A stretch of 38,905 bases of DNA from Phycisphaerales bacterium (GCA_016763115.1 JAESUL010000160.1:1-38905); one strand, 5' to 3'; positions 29,142 to 38,866 are shown, counted from the first letter of the stretch. The notes: generated by a model from the sequence alone, not told the origin. A program made the numbers and translations.

Positions 29142-29833
29142 ACAACCCCCGTCCAACGCCCAGACTTCTTAAGAGGCATCGGTATCACCACGGGTTGATT
29201 CTCGATGATAGCCCCCAGCCCAATAAGAGGCCGCTTACTCGTCATACTACTGGCATAGTTAAAGGCAGAGCTGTGTGTGTCTACAAGACACCCTACAGAC
29301 ATAGACCAACGCAACCTCTCTGTATCAGCGAAGTATTCAATACCCATAACACCATGGTAGTGGCCTTGTATGCTATTGTGCGAGTGTATCTTGGCATTAT
29401 TCAAAGTCGAAGGCGATATGGCGTGGGTCATAAGACACATGTCGTTCTTACCAGATACAGTAAAGTAATCCTTATCCACCCAATTCCAGTTGACATCGTA
29501 GATATCGTTGTAAGAACCAAGATGGTCTTGAGGAATCCCCGCAGTCTTGGCCTTACGGGGGGTGAGATTGTCGTGGTTACCAAGGCTTATGGTCAGATCT
29601 GGAAACAAGACTTCCAATTGCTTAATAAACTTCTTGGCTTGCCTGTGTTCGTGCTCGGAAGATAAGATACCATACTCAATCTCGTGGTAACTTGAGTTGT
29701 GGTTGTCTACTACGTCCCCAACGTGTTTGGCGTCTACGATACCATAAGCATCCTTTACAGCGCTAAGAAACGGTATAGTATCCCTATGGTGAAAGGGAGC
29801 GTGTGTGTCGCTTATGATTATTGTGTTATTCAT
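29138..29833 (-). CDS. Calcineurin-like metallophosphoesterase
   Basis: All five signature motifs occur in order: SDTHAP, GDVVDN, GNHD, MTHA, GHYHG. ATGA-coupled to the ligase gene. Confidence 0.85.
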   Translation of the reverse strand: MNNTIIISDTHAPFHHRDTIPFLSAVKDAYGIVDAKHVGDVVDNHNSSYHEIEYGILSSEHEHRQAKKFIKQLEVLFPDLTISLGNHDNLTPRKAKTAGIPQDHLGSYNDIYDVNWNWVDKDYFTVSGKNDMCLMTHAISPSTLNNAKIHSHNSIQGHYHGVMGIEYFADTERLRWSMSVGCLVDTHSSAFNYASSMTSKRPLIGLGAIIENQPVVIPMPLKKSGRWTGVV

Positions 29834-30357
29834 TTATGCCACTTACCATCTGATGAAATTATAGTGTGTTTCGTATACTTTCTAAAAGTATGATAGTAAA
29901 CCATAACACCCTCCCCAACCGGATCCCGTCTCTTTAAATTATCCAACAAGACGGGGATAGTGTCCGCCAATAACTCTCCTTGAAAAAGAATAGGCACAAC
30001 ATCACAACACCCTGGCCTGTTTGGATTGTCTGGGTTCCATCGAGACGTATTAAACAAGAAAAAATGCTTCCTATCTAAAACCAGCGGATTCTTCTGTATT
30101 CCTACACCCGCCCACTCACCATAGTGGTAACCATCGCCCAAAGTAAGTAATTCTGATTTATTAGACCCTACCCAACCAGCAAAACCATAGTTATCATCTT
30201 CAGGTGTGATGAATCTTTTTCTTGACTGGACGCCTACGATTTCATTATCTTGAATAATAACGCAACCGTTGGTTCCGTCTATCTTTTCCGTAATCGTAAC
30301 GGTAAACGGGTTCTCTCTGGGAATTTTCCCCCACGCTTTGAATTCAACTTCGCTCAT
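29830..30357 (-). CDS. Minimal Rnl2-like RNA ligase (nucleotidyltransferase domain only, 175 aa)
   Basis: ATG 30357 forms an ATGA overlap with the endonuclease I stop. Motif I EKIDGTN (compare T4 Rnl2 KIHGTN), motif III-like YGEWAG, motif IV EGVMVYY, and a C-terminal Lys-containing motif V region. Confidence 0.7.
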   Translation of the reverse strand: MSEVEFKAWGKIPRENPFTVTITEKIDGTNGCVIIQDNEIVGVQSRKRFITPEDDNYGFAGWVGSNKSELLTLGDGYHYGEWAGVGIQKNPLVLDRKHFFLFNTSRWNPDNPNRPGCCDVVPILFQGELLADTIPVLLDNLKRRDPVGEGVMVYYHTFRKYTKHTIISSDGKWHK

Positions 30358-30788
30358 AACCAATCCTCATCTATCGTTTTGGGGCAACAGTACCTAAACC
30401 CGTTTCCCTCGGCCCACTCTGCGTGGGTTCTCTTGGTTCCACACTTCTTCCGCTTCTTCGCAAAAGGGAAGGGGCAATTCGGCTTCTCAAATATAAATAT
30501 TATCTCGTAGTCTGGATTGCAGTGCCTAAAATGTATATACTTACTGGCCTCTGCCTGGTCGGAGAACCTTCCTTTAGCTTCAAATAGTATTTTTTTTTCT
30601 TCATTCACAAAGTCTGGAGTATACGTAGTCTTAACACTGTACGGTATTTTAATAGGCTCGAATGGTAATCCTTTTAAAACACCCGTCCCAAGATCATACT
30701 CCAACCAAGAGCGAAATGGCCGAGGAACCTTACCCCTAGTGCTTGATTTGGTATACGTTGTTCTCTTTCTTCTGTACGTCATATACAA
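30354..30788 (-). CDS. Endonuclease I (T7 gp3-like Holliday junction resolvase)
   Basis: FRSWLEYDL ... TTYTPDF ... ILFEAKGRF ... YEIIFIF is collinear with T7 endonuclease I (FRSGLE ... HTYTPDF ... VETKG ... IRIVF). Confidence 0.8.
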   Translation of the reverse strand: MYMTYRRKRTTYTKSSTRGKVPRPFRSWLEYDLGTGVLKGLPFEPIKIPYSVKTTYTPDFVNEEKKILFEAKGRFSDQAEASKYIHFRHCNPDYEIIFIFEKPNCPFPFAKKRKKCGTKRTHAEWAEGNGFRYCCPKTIDEDWL

Positions 30789-30984
30789 ACCTCAATCCCG
30801 CTATCACTACAATATTGATCATCCTATGTGGCTGCGCTAGCTCGGTGTCATAAAAATGTATGAACGCTCCGCGGTAGTCTAGTGCTACACATAAAATTGT
30901 CTCTTCATAATCGCCATTTCTAAAGGAAACGATAACAGATTTTAAAATCCTTGCCGGTTGTTTTAAAGTGTCGGAACCTTCCAC
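30736..30984 (-). CDS. Hypothetical protein
   Basis: 82-aa ORF that overlaps the endonuclease I start by about 50 nt and the FEN stop by 22 nt. The unusually long overlap lowers confidence. Confidence 0.4.
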   Translation of the reverse strand: MEGSDTLKQPARILKSVIVSFRNGDYEETILCVALDYRGAFIHFYDTELAQPHRMINIVVIAGLRFVYDVQKKENNVYQIKH

Positions 30985-31799
30985 AAGACACCCTCCTCTC
31001 GTTGAATGTATACAAGGTGGGCTGTCTCAACTAATTCCCAAGACTCTTGATTAGCATCTTTGTAAGCATCTACACAAGCGCAGTATCGTTCATAATTGTT
31101 ACTACACCCCTCGAGCAGCTTCCTGGCTGTCTTTTCACCAACACCTTTAATGCCTTTAATGTTATCCGTAGAATCCCCTGTAAGTATTTGTTGGTAGAGA
31201 AACGCATCGGCATCATCCTCCAAAACATTGTACAACTCCTCTTTAGTCCAGTTGTAGTGTTGCCCTTTGATCTGATCCAAGTCTTTATCCAGACTGGCTA
31301 TGATTGTCTTATCTGTTTGAAGGTAGCCTAAAGCATCATCGGCCTCGATACCATCAACAACCTCAGCATTAAACCGCTCGATAAGGTAGACCTTTGCCGC
31401 TTGGAAATGGGTAGGCTTCTCTTGTGTCCTATTTCCCTTGTAAGGGGCTATTGTAGCCAGTTCTTCTCTGTAATTACCACTACCCGTAAGAAACACCCTG
31501 GCTGTATCTGCCTTACACGCATCCATAATACTGTGTATCATATGCTTGATGGTGTGAAGGCAGTTCTCGATAGGCTCTGGCGTTACTGTCTTGATTAGAT
31601 CATCAGGATCAAGTCCGTGTTCACGACCATAAGTAAGAGCATCTTTCTTGTAGTGAATAGGCTCGTGCTGCGGCCAATGGTAATTAACGACATCGCAAAC
31701 AAAGGTTGCTTGGTAAAGTATAATGTCCCCGTCAATCAAGACGACGACACCATCTCCCTCTAACTCTTTCGCATCAGATTCTATTCGTTTTAAAGGCAC
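30963..31799 (-). CDS. 5'-3' exonuclease / flap endonuclease (T7 gp6 / Pol I N-terminal type)
   Basis: VLIDGD, PYKGNR, GIEADDALG, and the H3TH segment GDSTDNIKGIKGVGEKTARKLL. Confidence 0.85.
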   Translation of the reverse strand: MPLKRIESDAKELEGDGVVVLIDGDIILYQATFVCDVVNYHWPQHEPIHYKKDALTYGREHGLDPDDLIKTVTPEPIENCLHTIKHMIHSIMDACKADTARVFLTGSGNYREELATIAPYKGNRTQEKPTHFQAAKVYLIERFNAEVVDGIEADDALGYLQTDKTIIASLDKDLDQIKGQHYNWTKEELYNVLEDDADAFLYQQILTGDSTDNIKGIKGVGEKTARKLLEGCSNNYERYCACVDAYKDANQESWELVETAHLVYIQREEGVLWKVPTL

Positions 31800-31808
31800 G
31801 GTGTAATC

Positions 31809-32459
31809 CTAGTATGGTAGATCGTAGTCGTAGTCGTCTAGTAAATCGACATCGGAGGCACTAGTATCTTGTTGATTTTGGATTCGCTTATCATAAACAA
31901 ACCTTGTCAAACCAAACAGAGCCTTGGTTACCACATTATCCTCATTATCAGCATCGCCAATGGCTAGCTCCATACTGGCTGGTGGAACACCGTCGCGGTA
32001 CTTCTCAGGAATAGGAAGCAACAAGCCAACGTTGTCATACGTAAACCCCGCGTTGTCTCCTTTGCCTTGTGTATGAACTACACGTACAGAACAGCACTTG
32101 CCAAGTTGAGCGTCCCAGTCGGGAACTTGATTAACTTTTGCGTCGCTATCGAAGATACTATAAAACTTCAACTCGTGACCTTTCTTTGTTAGCTTGTGAA
32201 AGATTTTAAATGGCTTGCTCCATAGCAGACGTGGTACCTCCTTCTCATCAATAAGGATAGTCTCACCTACAATCTCTAAACCCAATGCGATTTCTTGTCG
32301 CGATGGCTTCTCCTCTCCGTTGTACTCTTGTAATTGCATACCAAGATCGGCTACCATAACCAAACGAGCTTCGTACTCTTTTTCTTCCAAATTGGGGATG
32401 GGATCAAAATCTTTCTTGTCGCTATCATCTTGTGGGGGTGATCGTCTTATTAATGCCAT
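31809..32459 (-). CDS. Single-stranded DNA-binding protein, T7 gp2.5-like (putative)
   Basis: RBS GGAGGAacaaaaATG and its own strong promoter. Acidic C-terminal tail ending in an aromatic residue (DVDLLDDYDYDLPY), as in gp2.5. Sits in the replisome cluster. Confidence 0.55.
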   Translation of the reverse strand: MALIRRSPPQDDSDKKDFDPIPNLEEKEYEARLVMVADLGMQLQEYNGEEKPSRQEIALGLEIVGETILIDEKEVPRLLWSKPFKIFHKLTKKGHELKFYSIFDSDAKVNQVPDWDAQLGKCCSVRVVHTQGKGDNAGFTYDNVGLLLPIPEKYRDGVPPASMELAIGDADNEDNVVTKALFGLTRFVYDKRIQNQQDTSASDVDLLDDYDYDLPY

Positions 32460-32499
32460 TTTTGTTCCTCCAGTCTGTTTCTTAATTGCCTACAAGTAT

Positions 32500-32529
32500 A
32501 TTATACCACGAGCGGGTATGTAGTTGCAA
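32500..32529 (-). promoter_or_regulatory. Strong sigma70-like promoter (TTGCAA - 18 nt - TATAAT, extended -10 TGg)
   Basis: Minus strand reads TTGCAActacatacccgctcgTGgTATAATATACTTGTAG. The box is shared with P1 and P2 on the plus strand. Confidence 0.7.
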
Positions 32530-32538
32530 GCGTCTGTA

Positions 32539-32769
32539 TCACACCTCGTCATCGTTATTATCATCGCCGTCTGCAACAATATTACAATTACAAAGTTTAT
32601 CACTCAAATAAGCTTTCATAGCCTTTTCTAAAGCAACCTCAGACATATCCAGAACCCGCCTTACAAGTGTTTCTCTGGCTTTGCTTCTAGTTATGCTTAA
32701 CGTACGGTATTCACTCATATTAACCCATCCACTCCATAAACCCCGATAAACTGATTCTAGGTCATTCAT
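32539..32769 (-). CDS. Hypothetical protein
   Basis: 76 aa with an acidic C-terminus DGDDNNDDEV. Confidence 0.55.
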   Translation of the reverse strand: MNDLESVYRGLWSGWVNMSEYRTLSITRSKARETLVRRVLDMSEVALEKAMKAYLSDKLCNCNIVADGDDNNDDEV

Positions 32770-32770
32770 C

Positions 32771-32953
32771 TTAATTCTCCTGTAATAATTTTATTACTAC
32801 AGTAGCCATGTCTTTACATGTTGCTGACCCTTCTACTGACTCTGCTGCGGCCTCTGCTGCTGCCCAGTCTATATCAGCCGCTCTGTGGTGTGTTGTTCTT
32901 TCTACATGGAGTGCTTTAAGTTCTGGGTCGTTGTTGTAGGTTTCTAAATTCAT
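32771..32953 (-). CDS. Hypothetical protein
   Basis: 60 aa, tightly packed against the next gene. Confidence 0.5.
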   Translation of the reverse strand: MNLETYNNDPELKALHVERTTHHRAADIDWAAAEAAAESVEGSATCKDMATVVIKLLQEN

Positions 32954-33073
32954 CTTAGTTTTCCTCTATGTAGTGGTTCTGCTCAAACATGTAGTTTGAA
33001 AAAGCCTGGGCAATCGACAATGCTGCATATGTTAGCCCCGACTTTCGAAATACCCACTCATAAGGTGTAGCTA

Positions 33074-34531
33074 TTAATGTACTTCCGCCCATGATTTGCC
33101 TATTCTATACTCGCCAGTAATCGGCACATTAAGTTCAAACTGTCTTCCCGATTCTTCCATGGCTTTTACCATAATCTCCCCAACCTGCTCAGCATAGTTT
33201 GGGTACGTCTCATATTCAAACTCATCATGGTACGCTATAAGCCGCCAAGCAGGGATATTTCTATCTGATATTTCCTTGTTTATTATAATACCCGCAAAGT
33301 CGATTATCTTAGCACCTGTACTTTGACACTTGGCGTTAAATACTGAATGTTTGTGCCGAATAACTACCTTACCGCCATCTATTGTAGTAATGTACTTTTT
33401 AAAATTGCGTTCAAACTCTTGTTCAGTTTCCTCAATGGCAGATTTTAAGGCACTATTCTTATCCCAATAAGCTTCGTATAAAAGCCTACCTGTCTTTTGA
33501 TCTACACCCAGAGTCTCAGCAAACTTGGGTATTTTACAACCATACTGTAGTGCGTAAACAGGACTTTTAGCTTCAGTACGTGTGCAACCCCAGAGTATAG
33601 CGTTCTCTTGGTGCTCGTCGTAGTTTGGATCGAGCAACTTATCAGCGTAAGCTCCACCGTCGAATTTATGCGTATAATGACCTTTTATACGCGCTTCAAG
33701 TCCACTTGCATCAGCTCCTACCATTACCATACCAGCAGTGGCTACAAACAAACCCCTCATTTCCTCTCCAAGTAAGCTGCCGACACGAGGAACATTGGCC
33801 ACAACTTTGTGTTTCTGACGCTTAGTGTTCGTCAGTCCGCTTGAGGCCGCGCCTAAGCGGCCGTCAACAACAAGCCTAGGGTTAGACAGCCACCCCGACC
33901 CACGGCTCTCGTTGAGCAAGACAGAGCGTCTGTTGCGAAGGCTTAACCACTCAATAATAGGCTTAACCACCTCCACACTGCTACCAAGAACCGCCAGGTT
34001 TGGACATATGCGTCCCTGCTCGTGAAGTTTCGGAGAGGTTTTGATCACCTTTCCTGATAAATCTCGCAAAGGCTTGCCGTCTTTATCTTTTTTTAAATTA
34101 TAAGTAGAAGCAACCCACCCAAGAGATACAAACCAATCTTTCAAGTGCCCCTGATGCTTCATCTGCATAGGTAAATTGTCCATTAGCGGCCCATTATGGG
34201 GTAACGTATAACTCTTGCCGTCCTTTACACCTACCCAACCATCACCCCTCGGCTCTACCAGATCAAACCATTTTACACAACGCCAAGATGGGTTTCCGTT
34301 CTTGACAAACTGTATCTTTGGCGGAGTAAACCGCGCCTCCTCTGCCTTATTCAGCGGACGAGGGGGGAGCTTAGGCTCTACCTCTTCCTCTATACCTCTC
34401 ATACGATCATCGATAGATTTAATCAGCCGCCGAGCACCTTGTACGTCAAACTTAACACCATATAGCTCTTGCCGACACATAAGGTGATACGTCTCATTTG
34501 CAAGATAGACGGATGTGGGAAGTACGATCAC
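33074..34531 (-). CDS. DNA polymerase, family A, polymerase domain only
   Basis: GTG start in a GTGA overlap with the exonuclease ORF stop. Motif A VGADASGLEAR, motif B RTEAKSPVYALQYG, motif C AYHDEFEYE. Confidence 0.85.
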   Translation of the reverse strand: MIVLPTSVYLANETYHLMCRQELYGVKFDVQGARRLIKSIDDRMRGIEEEVEPKLPPRPLNKAEEARFTPPKIQFVKNGNPSWRCVKWFDLVEPRGDGWVGVKDGKSYTLPHNGPLMDNLPMQMKHQGHLKDWFVSLGWVASTYNLKKDKDGKPLRDLSGKVIKTSPKLHEQGRICPNLAVLGSSVEVVKPIIEWLSLRNRRSVLLNESRGSGWLSNPRLVVDGRLGAASSGLTNTKRQKHKVVANVPRVGSLLGEEMRGLFVATAGMVMVGADASGLEARIKGHYTHKFDGGAYADKLLDPNYDEHQENAILWGCTRTEAKSPVYALQYGCKIPKFAETLGVDQKTGRLLYEAYWDKNSALKSAIEETEQEFERNFKKYITTIDGGKVVIRHKHSVFNAKCQSTGAKIIDFAGIIINKEISDRNIPAWRLIAYHDEFEYETYPNYAEQVGEIMVKAMEESGRQFELNVPITGEYRIGKSWAEVH

Positions 34532-35004
34532 AGGGTAATTTCCAATTTATCACAAAGAAACATAAACACCTTCTCGGTAGTCAACACATCATTCTCACAC
34601 CTGTTTGTGTACTCTTCCAAGGAGAGTCCAATCCAGTCCTCAACCTCCGGTTTGTACGTACCCAGCTTCTTAGCCCAAGCTTTGAGACCATGCCCCTCCG
34701 GATGGTCTGGGTACCACTCCCTCGACAAGGCCAGTGTGTCGATGAACTGCACATTAACCACTGTACCGTCCATATACGTGACGGTATTCGGTGTGAAGTC
34801 CTTTAGTATACCGAGTTTTACCAACAAGGGCAAGTCATAACCGAAATGGTTGTGTGCTACCCACGTATCACCTTCTTTAAACGGGGCATCTACATCTGTG
34901 ACAGTGACCATATCCCCGCCAAGCGACTTATAGGAAAAGCAATGGAGTTTAGTAGCTGTGTCGAGAAGGCCATTCGCTTCAATGTCGTAACAGTACGTTA
35001 TCAT
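34528..35004 (-). CDS. DNA polymerase family A 3'-5' exonuclease domain as a separate ORF
   Basis: ATG 35004 lies 1 nt after the helicase TGA. Exo I YDIEANGL, Exo II AHNHFGYDLPLL, Exo III YTNRCENDV. The track's longer 210-aa version overlaps the helicase gene and is unlikely. Confidence 0.8.
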   Translation of the reverse strand: MITYCYDIEANGLLDTATKLHCFSYKSLGGDMVTVTDVDAPFKEGDTWVAHNHFGYDLPLLVKLGILKDFTPNTVTYMDGTVVNVQFIDTLALSREWYPDHPEGHGLKAWAKKLGTYKPEVEDWIGLSLEEYTNRCENDVLTTEKVFMFLCDKLEITL

Positions 35005-35005
35005 A

Positions 35006-36616
35006 TCATATAAACTCCTGACTAGGCTCCAAGTAATCGCCGGTTTCTCGGTTGTAATAGACATCAAATGATCCAACATTACCAAATGCCCTGTCTTCAA
35101 GCAAGACGAACGAGGATGTGTTACGCCGCACTTCGTCTTCACATGTCTTGTCTCTTTCAATTCCGATCATAAAGTAACACGCGCGCATCATGGCCCTGCT
35201 ACCTGTGAATTGATTACTTCTCACCTTACCCCCGTTTTCGTGTGGTTTTCCTGTTTGAGGAGCCTTGAGGTGGCACAGGAAGATATAATGAAAGCCAAGG
35301 TCTTTGGCCATCTTGGATATTTCATCCGCTACACGCTCCAACTCTGTATTAGAAGAAGCAGAATCCATGCCCGTTGTAAGACGCGTAAGGGGGTCGATAA
35401 TAACGGTCTTAACGCCTTCAACAACAACAGAGTGCCTGATAGCAACCTTCAAATCATCCCATGCAGTAGACCCGTAACTATCGTACAATATAACTCGATC
35501 TCCGACTGCTTTTACTCCGTCGATCAGCTCTTGTTGTGTGAAATCACCATCGGGTATGTGAAACTGCTTGTGTGCGATCTTGCCCGCAACCTTCCGGACA
35601 GTCATTGCTGGCTTCTCTTCTAGCTTGAACAGTGCAATCTTATCACCAAGCACCTGAGTATCGTAATGTGCTATTTGGTTTACAACTTCACTCTTTCCCA
35701 TCTTAACACCGGCACCAAAGTAAGTACCCTCACCATCCCGTCGACCGTATGTCAACTTATTCAGACTTGGCCAAGGCCAGGGCCGACCTGCTCTAGGCAT
35801 GGCTGTTGCTTCATCGAATACATCGGCAACCGTTACAAAACCAGCGGGTGTGAACGGCGCGGCCTTAAAGAAGGCATTAATAAACTCTCTGCCCTTTCCT
35901 TTTAAAAGCATGTCGTTGCCGTCTTTCTCCGAAATCGACATAAACTTAACCCCGGGATGCAAAGCAGCAATATCCTTTACCACCTTAGCCCCTGCGTCGT
36001 CATTATCAGGGCAGAATATAACCTCGCTAAACTTAGCAATAAAGTCCTTATTATCAGCAAACGCTTTAATGTTTGCACCATTTGGGAGGCTGACTACACT
36101 TGGTTTAAGTTTGGGGTAAGATCTCCACAACATTTGAAATGCTGCCAACATATCATCCTGGCCTTCCGTGATAAGCAGCTTCTTGTTTGAACCTGCTACA
36201 CTTTGACCAATGAAATCCACACACCGGCCCTTTATACTCTCACCAACCGCACTAAACTCTTTTGGTAGTGTCCGCTTTTTGTAACACGTTATATTTCCAT
36301 CAATCGTAAACGGATAGTAATAAGCGACTGGTTTCCCCGACCTCTCATCAAACTCTGTATGAACGCCATAGTGTTGGCAAACATCCTGATCAATACCCCT
36401 ATCCTTTAATGCCTTTATTGGTAGGTCTTTTACGTCGTTGAACTGCGTCATAGTGTCCACATCGCCATTGTAGCTTGCCCCTGTTGCGCCTTCAGTGTAC
36501 TTGCAGCGAGAGCAGTAACCGCCCCCGTCCTCGAACCTCATAAGGTGATTCCCTGTGGCGTCACGTCCTTGTGACGTACACCGAGGACACGCTTCGTCTG
36601 ATATTATCTGGCCCAT
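35006..36616 (-). CDS. Bifunctional primase-helicase (T7 gp4-like)
   Basis: ATG 36616 (MGQIISDEACPRC). Cys4 zinc finger CPRC...CSRC, TOPRIM-like LITEGQDD and PDNDDAG, Walker A GAGVKMGKSE. The track's GTG 36694 overlaps the upstream gene by 62 nt. Confidence 0.85.
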   Translation of the reverse strand: MGQIISDEACPRCTSQGRDATGNHLMRFEDGGGYCSRCKYTEGATGASYNGDVDTMTQFNDVKDLPIKALKDRGIDQDVCQHYGVHTEFDERSGKPVAYYYPFTIDGNITCYKKRTLPKEFSAVGESIKGRCVDFIGQSVAGSNKKLLITEGQDDMLAAFQMLWRSYPKLKPSVVSLPNGANIKAFADNKDFIAKFSEVIFCPDNDDAGAKVVKDIAALHPGVKFMSISEKDGNDMLLKGKGREFINAFFKAAPFTPAGFVTVADVFDEATAMPRAGRPWPWPSLNKLTYGRRDGEGTYFGAGVKMGKSEVVNQIAHYDTQVLGDKIALFKLEEKPAMTVRKVAGKIAHKQFHIPDGDFTQQELIDGVKAVGDRVILYDSYGSTAWDDLKVAIRHSVVVEGVKTVIIDPLTRLTTGMDSASSNTELERVADEISKMAKDLGFHYIFLCHLKAPQTGKPHENGGKVRSNQFTGSRAMMRACYFMIGIERDKTCEDEVRRNTSSFVLLEDRAFGNVGSFDVYYNRETGDYLEPSQEFI

Positions 36617-36632
36617 AACTAGGACTGGCGGC

Positions 36633-37145
36633 TTATGTTCTTGTTGAACAGTTATCGATAAAGTCGCTAAGAACCTGTAAGCAATCCTTAGCACACTTTG
36701 CGTCGGTAAACTTAGGCGTCGATTTAAGGGGCCAAAGTTGCTTTAGGCAAGATAATGCTACCCATCGACTAGTCCCGACGGGCTGTGAGTCGCATGGAAT
36801 AATGGAAGTTATTTTTAGAAAGGGCCAACCGTCGTCGTCGTCACCATCAACCACAACAACCAGAGTTCCCCTTTCAAAGGGTGTTGATCCGGTTACCTCA
36901 TAGACGTGGCCTTTCTTGCTTACAGGGGTTTCTTCGTCGTCTGTGTATATTTCGAGTCTTGACAAGGCAACGGCGTATGTGGCGTAAGGGTCTATTCCGG
37001 TAAAGTAGGGGGCGGCTGTACCATCATCCGTTGCCAGTTTTACCACATCGCCTTCTTCAAAGTGTTCGTGAGCATCATCGATCAAAACAAACTTTTGATC
37101 TTTAGTGTATCCTAGTTCTTCAAATGGTGTTTTAGCTTTGCTCAT
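36633..37145 (-). CDS. Hypothetical protein
   Basis: 170 aa, first gene downstream of the promoter at 37246-37274. Contains an acidic patch DGDDDDGWPF. Confidence 0.6.
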   Translation of the reverse strand: MSKAKTPFEELGYTKDQKFVLIDDAHEHFEEGDVVKLATDDGTAAPYFTGIDPYATYAVALSRLEIYTDDEETPVSKKGHVYEVTGSTPFERGTLVVVVDGDDDDGWPFLKITSIIPCDSQPVGTSRWVALSCLKQLWPLKSTPKFTDAKCAKDCLQVLSDFIDNCSTRT

Positions 37146-37245
37146 AGTATCTGCCTTCTGTTATATGAAAAATAATAGAGTTACACTGTTAAATGAGTAA
37201 TACTACTAATAACTTAATTAAATAAATACTTAATATATACTAAAT

Positions 37246-37274
37246 ATTGTATCACGTTTCAGCTCATAAAGCAA
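37246..37274 (-). promoter_or_regulatory. Strong sigma70-like promoter (TTGCTT - 17 nt - TACAAT, TGn extended -10)
   Basis: Minus strand reads TTGCTTtatgagctgaaacgTGaTACAAT, followed by a roughly 100-nt AT-rich leader before the 36633-37145 gene. Confidence 0.65.
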
Positions 37275-37303
37275 ATCTAGCCGATGAAAGGTAGTCATCC
37301 AGT

Positions 37304-37489
37304 CTACTCCTTATACACACAGGTTGAAGCTATAGACATATCACCTATAACATCATCATAACCGGCCAAGGAAGAATTACTAGCCTTTACACACTTAAAA
37401 CAAATATCGTTGTGTTTTTTTGTTTCGGTATCAAACATCTGCTCCCACACTTCAAGCACAACATCACACGCCTTACATCTTGACATCAT
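37304..37489 (-). CDS. Small zinc-ribbon-like protein
   Basis: CKAC ... CFKC. RBS GGAGAAct precedes tandem ATGs at 37489 and 37486; the second has the better spacing. Confidence 0.55.
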   Translation of the reverse strand: MMSRCKACDVVLEVWEQMFDTETKKHNDICFKCVKASNSSLAGYDDVIGDMSIASTCVYKE

Positions 37490-37540
37490 AGTTCTCCAAT
37501 TTATAATTTAATTTTCCATTCGGCTCGATAATACGGAATG

Positions 37541-37756
37541 TTATGTGTCAAAATCATTGAGAACTTTCTGAGCGATTATGTTCCCGTCACTATTCCCTTG
37601 AATATCTCCATTACCTAGCCTCGATAACCTCTCAAGCGTGCGCTTATAAGCGTCTCTCTCTCTGCTTATAAGTAAAATTAAATCCGAAACAACTTCTTCA
37701 ATATCATATTCTTTTTCATCTATTGTAATTTTCATTCCTTTACTCCTGCCTGCCAT
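37541..37756 (-). CDS. Hypothetical early protein
   Basis: 71 aa in the tightly packed early block. Confidence 0.5.
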   Translation of the reverse strand: MAGRSKGMKITIDEKEYDIEEVVSDLILLISRERDAYKRTLERLSRLGNGDIQGNSDGNIIAQKVLNDFDT

Positions 37757-37777
37757 ATAACAAATAAATTTTTGCCG

Positions 37778-37960
37778 TTATGTTTCTATCTGGTGCCATT
37801 CAACACCACCACAGTGTAGGCATATTCGTTTTTGCGTTATTGGTGCATCTTCTGGCGCTTCACCACCCGTCCCTCCAGACGCCCAACTTTTAAACGGTGG
37901 GCCAGTATCCACCCAGCTGTGTACGCAACCGAATGAAGGCATAGGCTCGTAATTCGTCAT
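37778..37960 (-). CDS. Hypothetical early protein
   Basis: 60 aa, ending 3 nt before... rather, starting 3 nt downstream of the 37963 gene's stop region (genes are 2 nt apart). Confidence 0.45.
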   Translation of the reverse strand: MTNYEPMPSFGCVHSWVDTGPPFKSWASGGTGGEAPEDAPITQKRICLHCGGVEWHQIET

Positions 37961-37962
37961 GT

Positions 37963-38277
37963 TTATTCCTCTTTCGATAATACTGAATGTTCTAAACCAG
38001 CCAAGCTACACGCTTCTAAATGACCCTTCTCCGCATCTTCCCATGTAGTATAACGCCACTGGTCTCCGTCGTGTTCGCCGCCAAAGATCATAGTTTCAAA
38101 TAACAACGGAACATCACCACCGAATGAGTGATCCACGCCCAGAAATACAGTGCTGACTCGTATGTCATTTTTCTCGGTTTTAGCCACGCGGCGGTCTACT
38201 TTTTCAAACCACGCGCTCCATTTAAGCATGTCATCACATTCAACTATGTTCTTTCCATCCAAAATATAATTAATCAT
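37963..38277 (-). CDS. Conserved phage hypothetical protein
   Basis: The segment STVFLGVDHSFGGDVPLLFETMIFGG ... YTTWEDAEKGH resembles a widespread phage family of unknown function (recollection only). Confidence 0.6.
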   Translation of the reverse strand: MINYILDGKNIVECDDMLKWSAWFEKVDRRVAKTEKNDIRVSTVFLGVDHSFGGDVPLLFETMIFGGEHDGDQWRYTTWEDAEKGHLEACSLAGLEHSVLSKEE

Positions 38278-38280
38278 CTT

Positions 38281-38466
38281 TCAGTTCCCTCCTTCGTCTT
38301 CGTCTTCCATCGTGCAGGTGAAGCATACCCACGCGCCCTCTTTTCCGTAAGGTCTAAGCTCTTTTTCTTTACCACAAGCAGAACAGGCCATAGGCTCAGT
38401 CTGCGCTATTATCAGCGCGCCATTATCTTCTCCTAGACCGTTATATTTTATTGTTTCAATGCCCAT
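38281..38466 (-). CDS. Small zinc-ribbon-like protein
   Basis: CSAC ... CFTC, with an acidic C-terminus MEDEDEGGN. Confidence 0.55.
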   Translation of the reverse strand: MGIETIKYNGLGEDNGALIIAQTEPMACSACGKEKELRPYGKEGAWVCFTCTMEDEDEGGN

Positions 38467-38468
38467 TG

Positions 38469-38720
38469 CTATACCTCTATTTCAGAAATAAACTCTTTGA
38501 AAGGTTTATAATAAAGCGCTCTATCCATCTCCTTCGTCCACCCAACAACAATTCCACTCAATGCCAAACAAAACGGAAATGAATCTTCTTTATACATCCA
38601 GTTATTAACATGTTTGCCAACTCTCTCGCACCATTTCAATACATAGAACAACTCTGAGTCATTATTTGTGACTATTACGGTTGATCCGTGCTCTAAGAGC
38701 ATGTAAGTAGTCTCCCTCAT
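38469..38720 (-). CDS. Hypothetical early protein
   Basis: 83 aa in the early block. Confidence 0.5.
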   Translation of the reverse strand: MRETTYMLLEHGSTVIVTNNDSELFYVLKWCERVGKHVNNWMYKEDSFPFCLALSGIVVGWTKEMDRALYYKPFKEFISEIEV

Positions 38721-38722
38721 TG

Positions 38723-38818
38723 CTATACCCCGTTTAGCTCATCCAATCTCTCTGCAATAGCTCGTGGCTGTTGTGGATTAAAATATTCTGCAAATGGTCT
38801 GTTTACTTTAATTTCCAT
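38723..38818 (-). CDS. Possible 31-aa first early ORF (below the ORF-track cutoff)
   Basis: Own translation MEIKVNRPFAEYFNPQQPRAIAERLDELNGV with strong RBS TAGGAGAAcacaATG. Its stop lies 2 nt before the next ATG. Confidence 0.4.
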   Translation of the reverse strand: MEIKVNRPFAEYFNPQQPRAIAERLDELNGV

Positions 38819-38837
38819 TGTGTTCTCCTAAAATCAG

Positions 38838-38866
38838 TTTATAACAGGACAATCGAGCTGAGTCAC
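38838..38866 (-). promoter_or_regulatory. Putative early promoter (GTGACT - 17 nt - TATAAA)
   Basis: Minus strand reads GTGACTcagctcgattgtcctgtTATAAActgattttAGGAGAA. Weaker match than the other promoters. Confidence 0.4.
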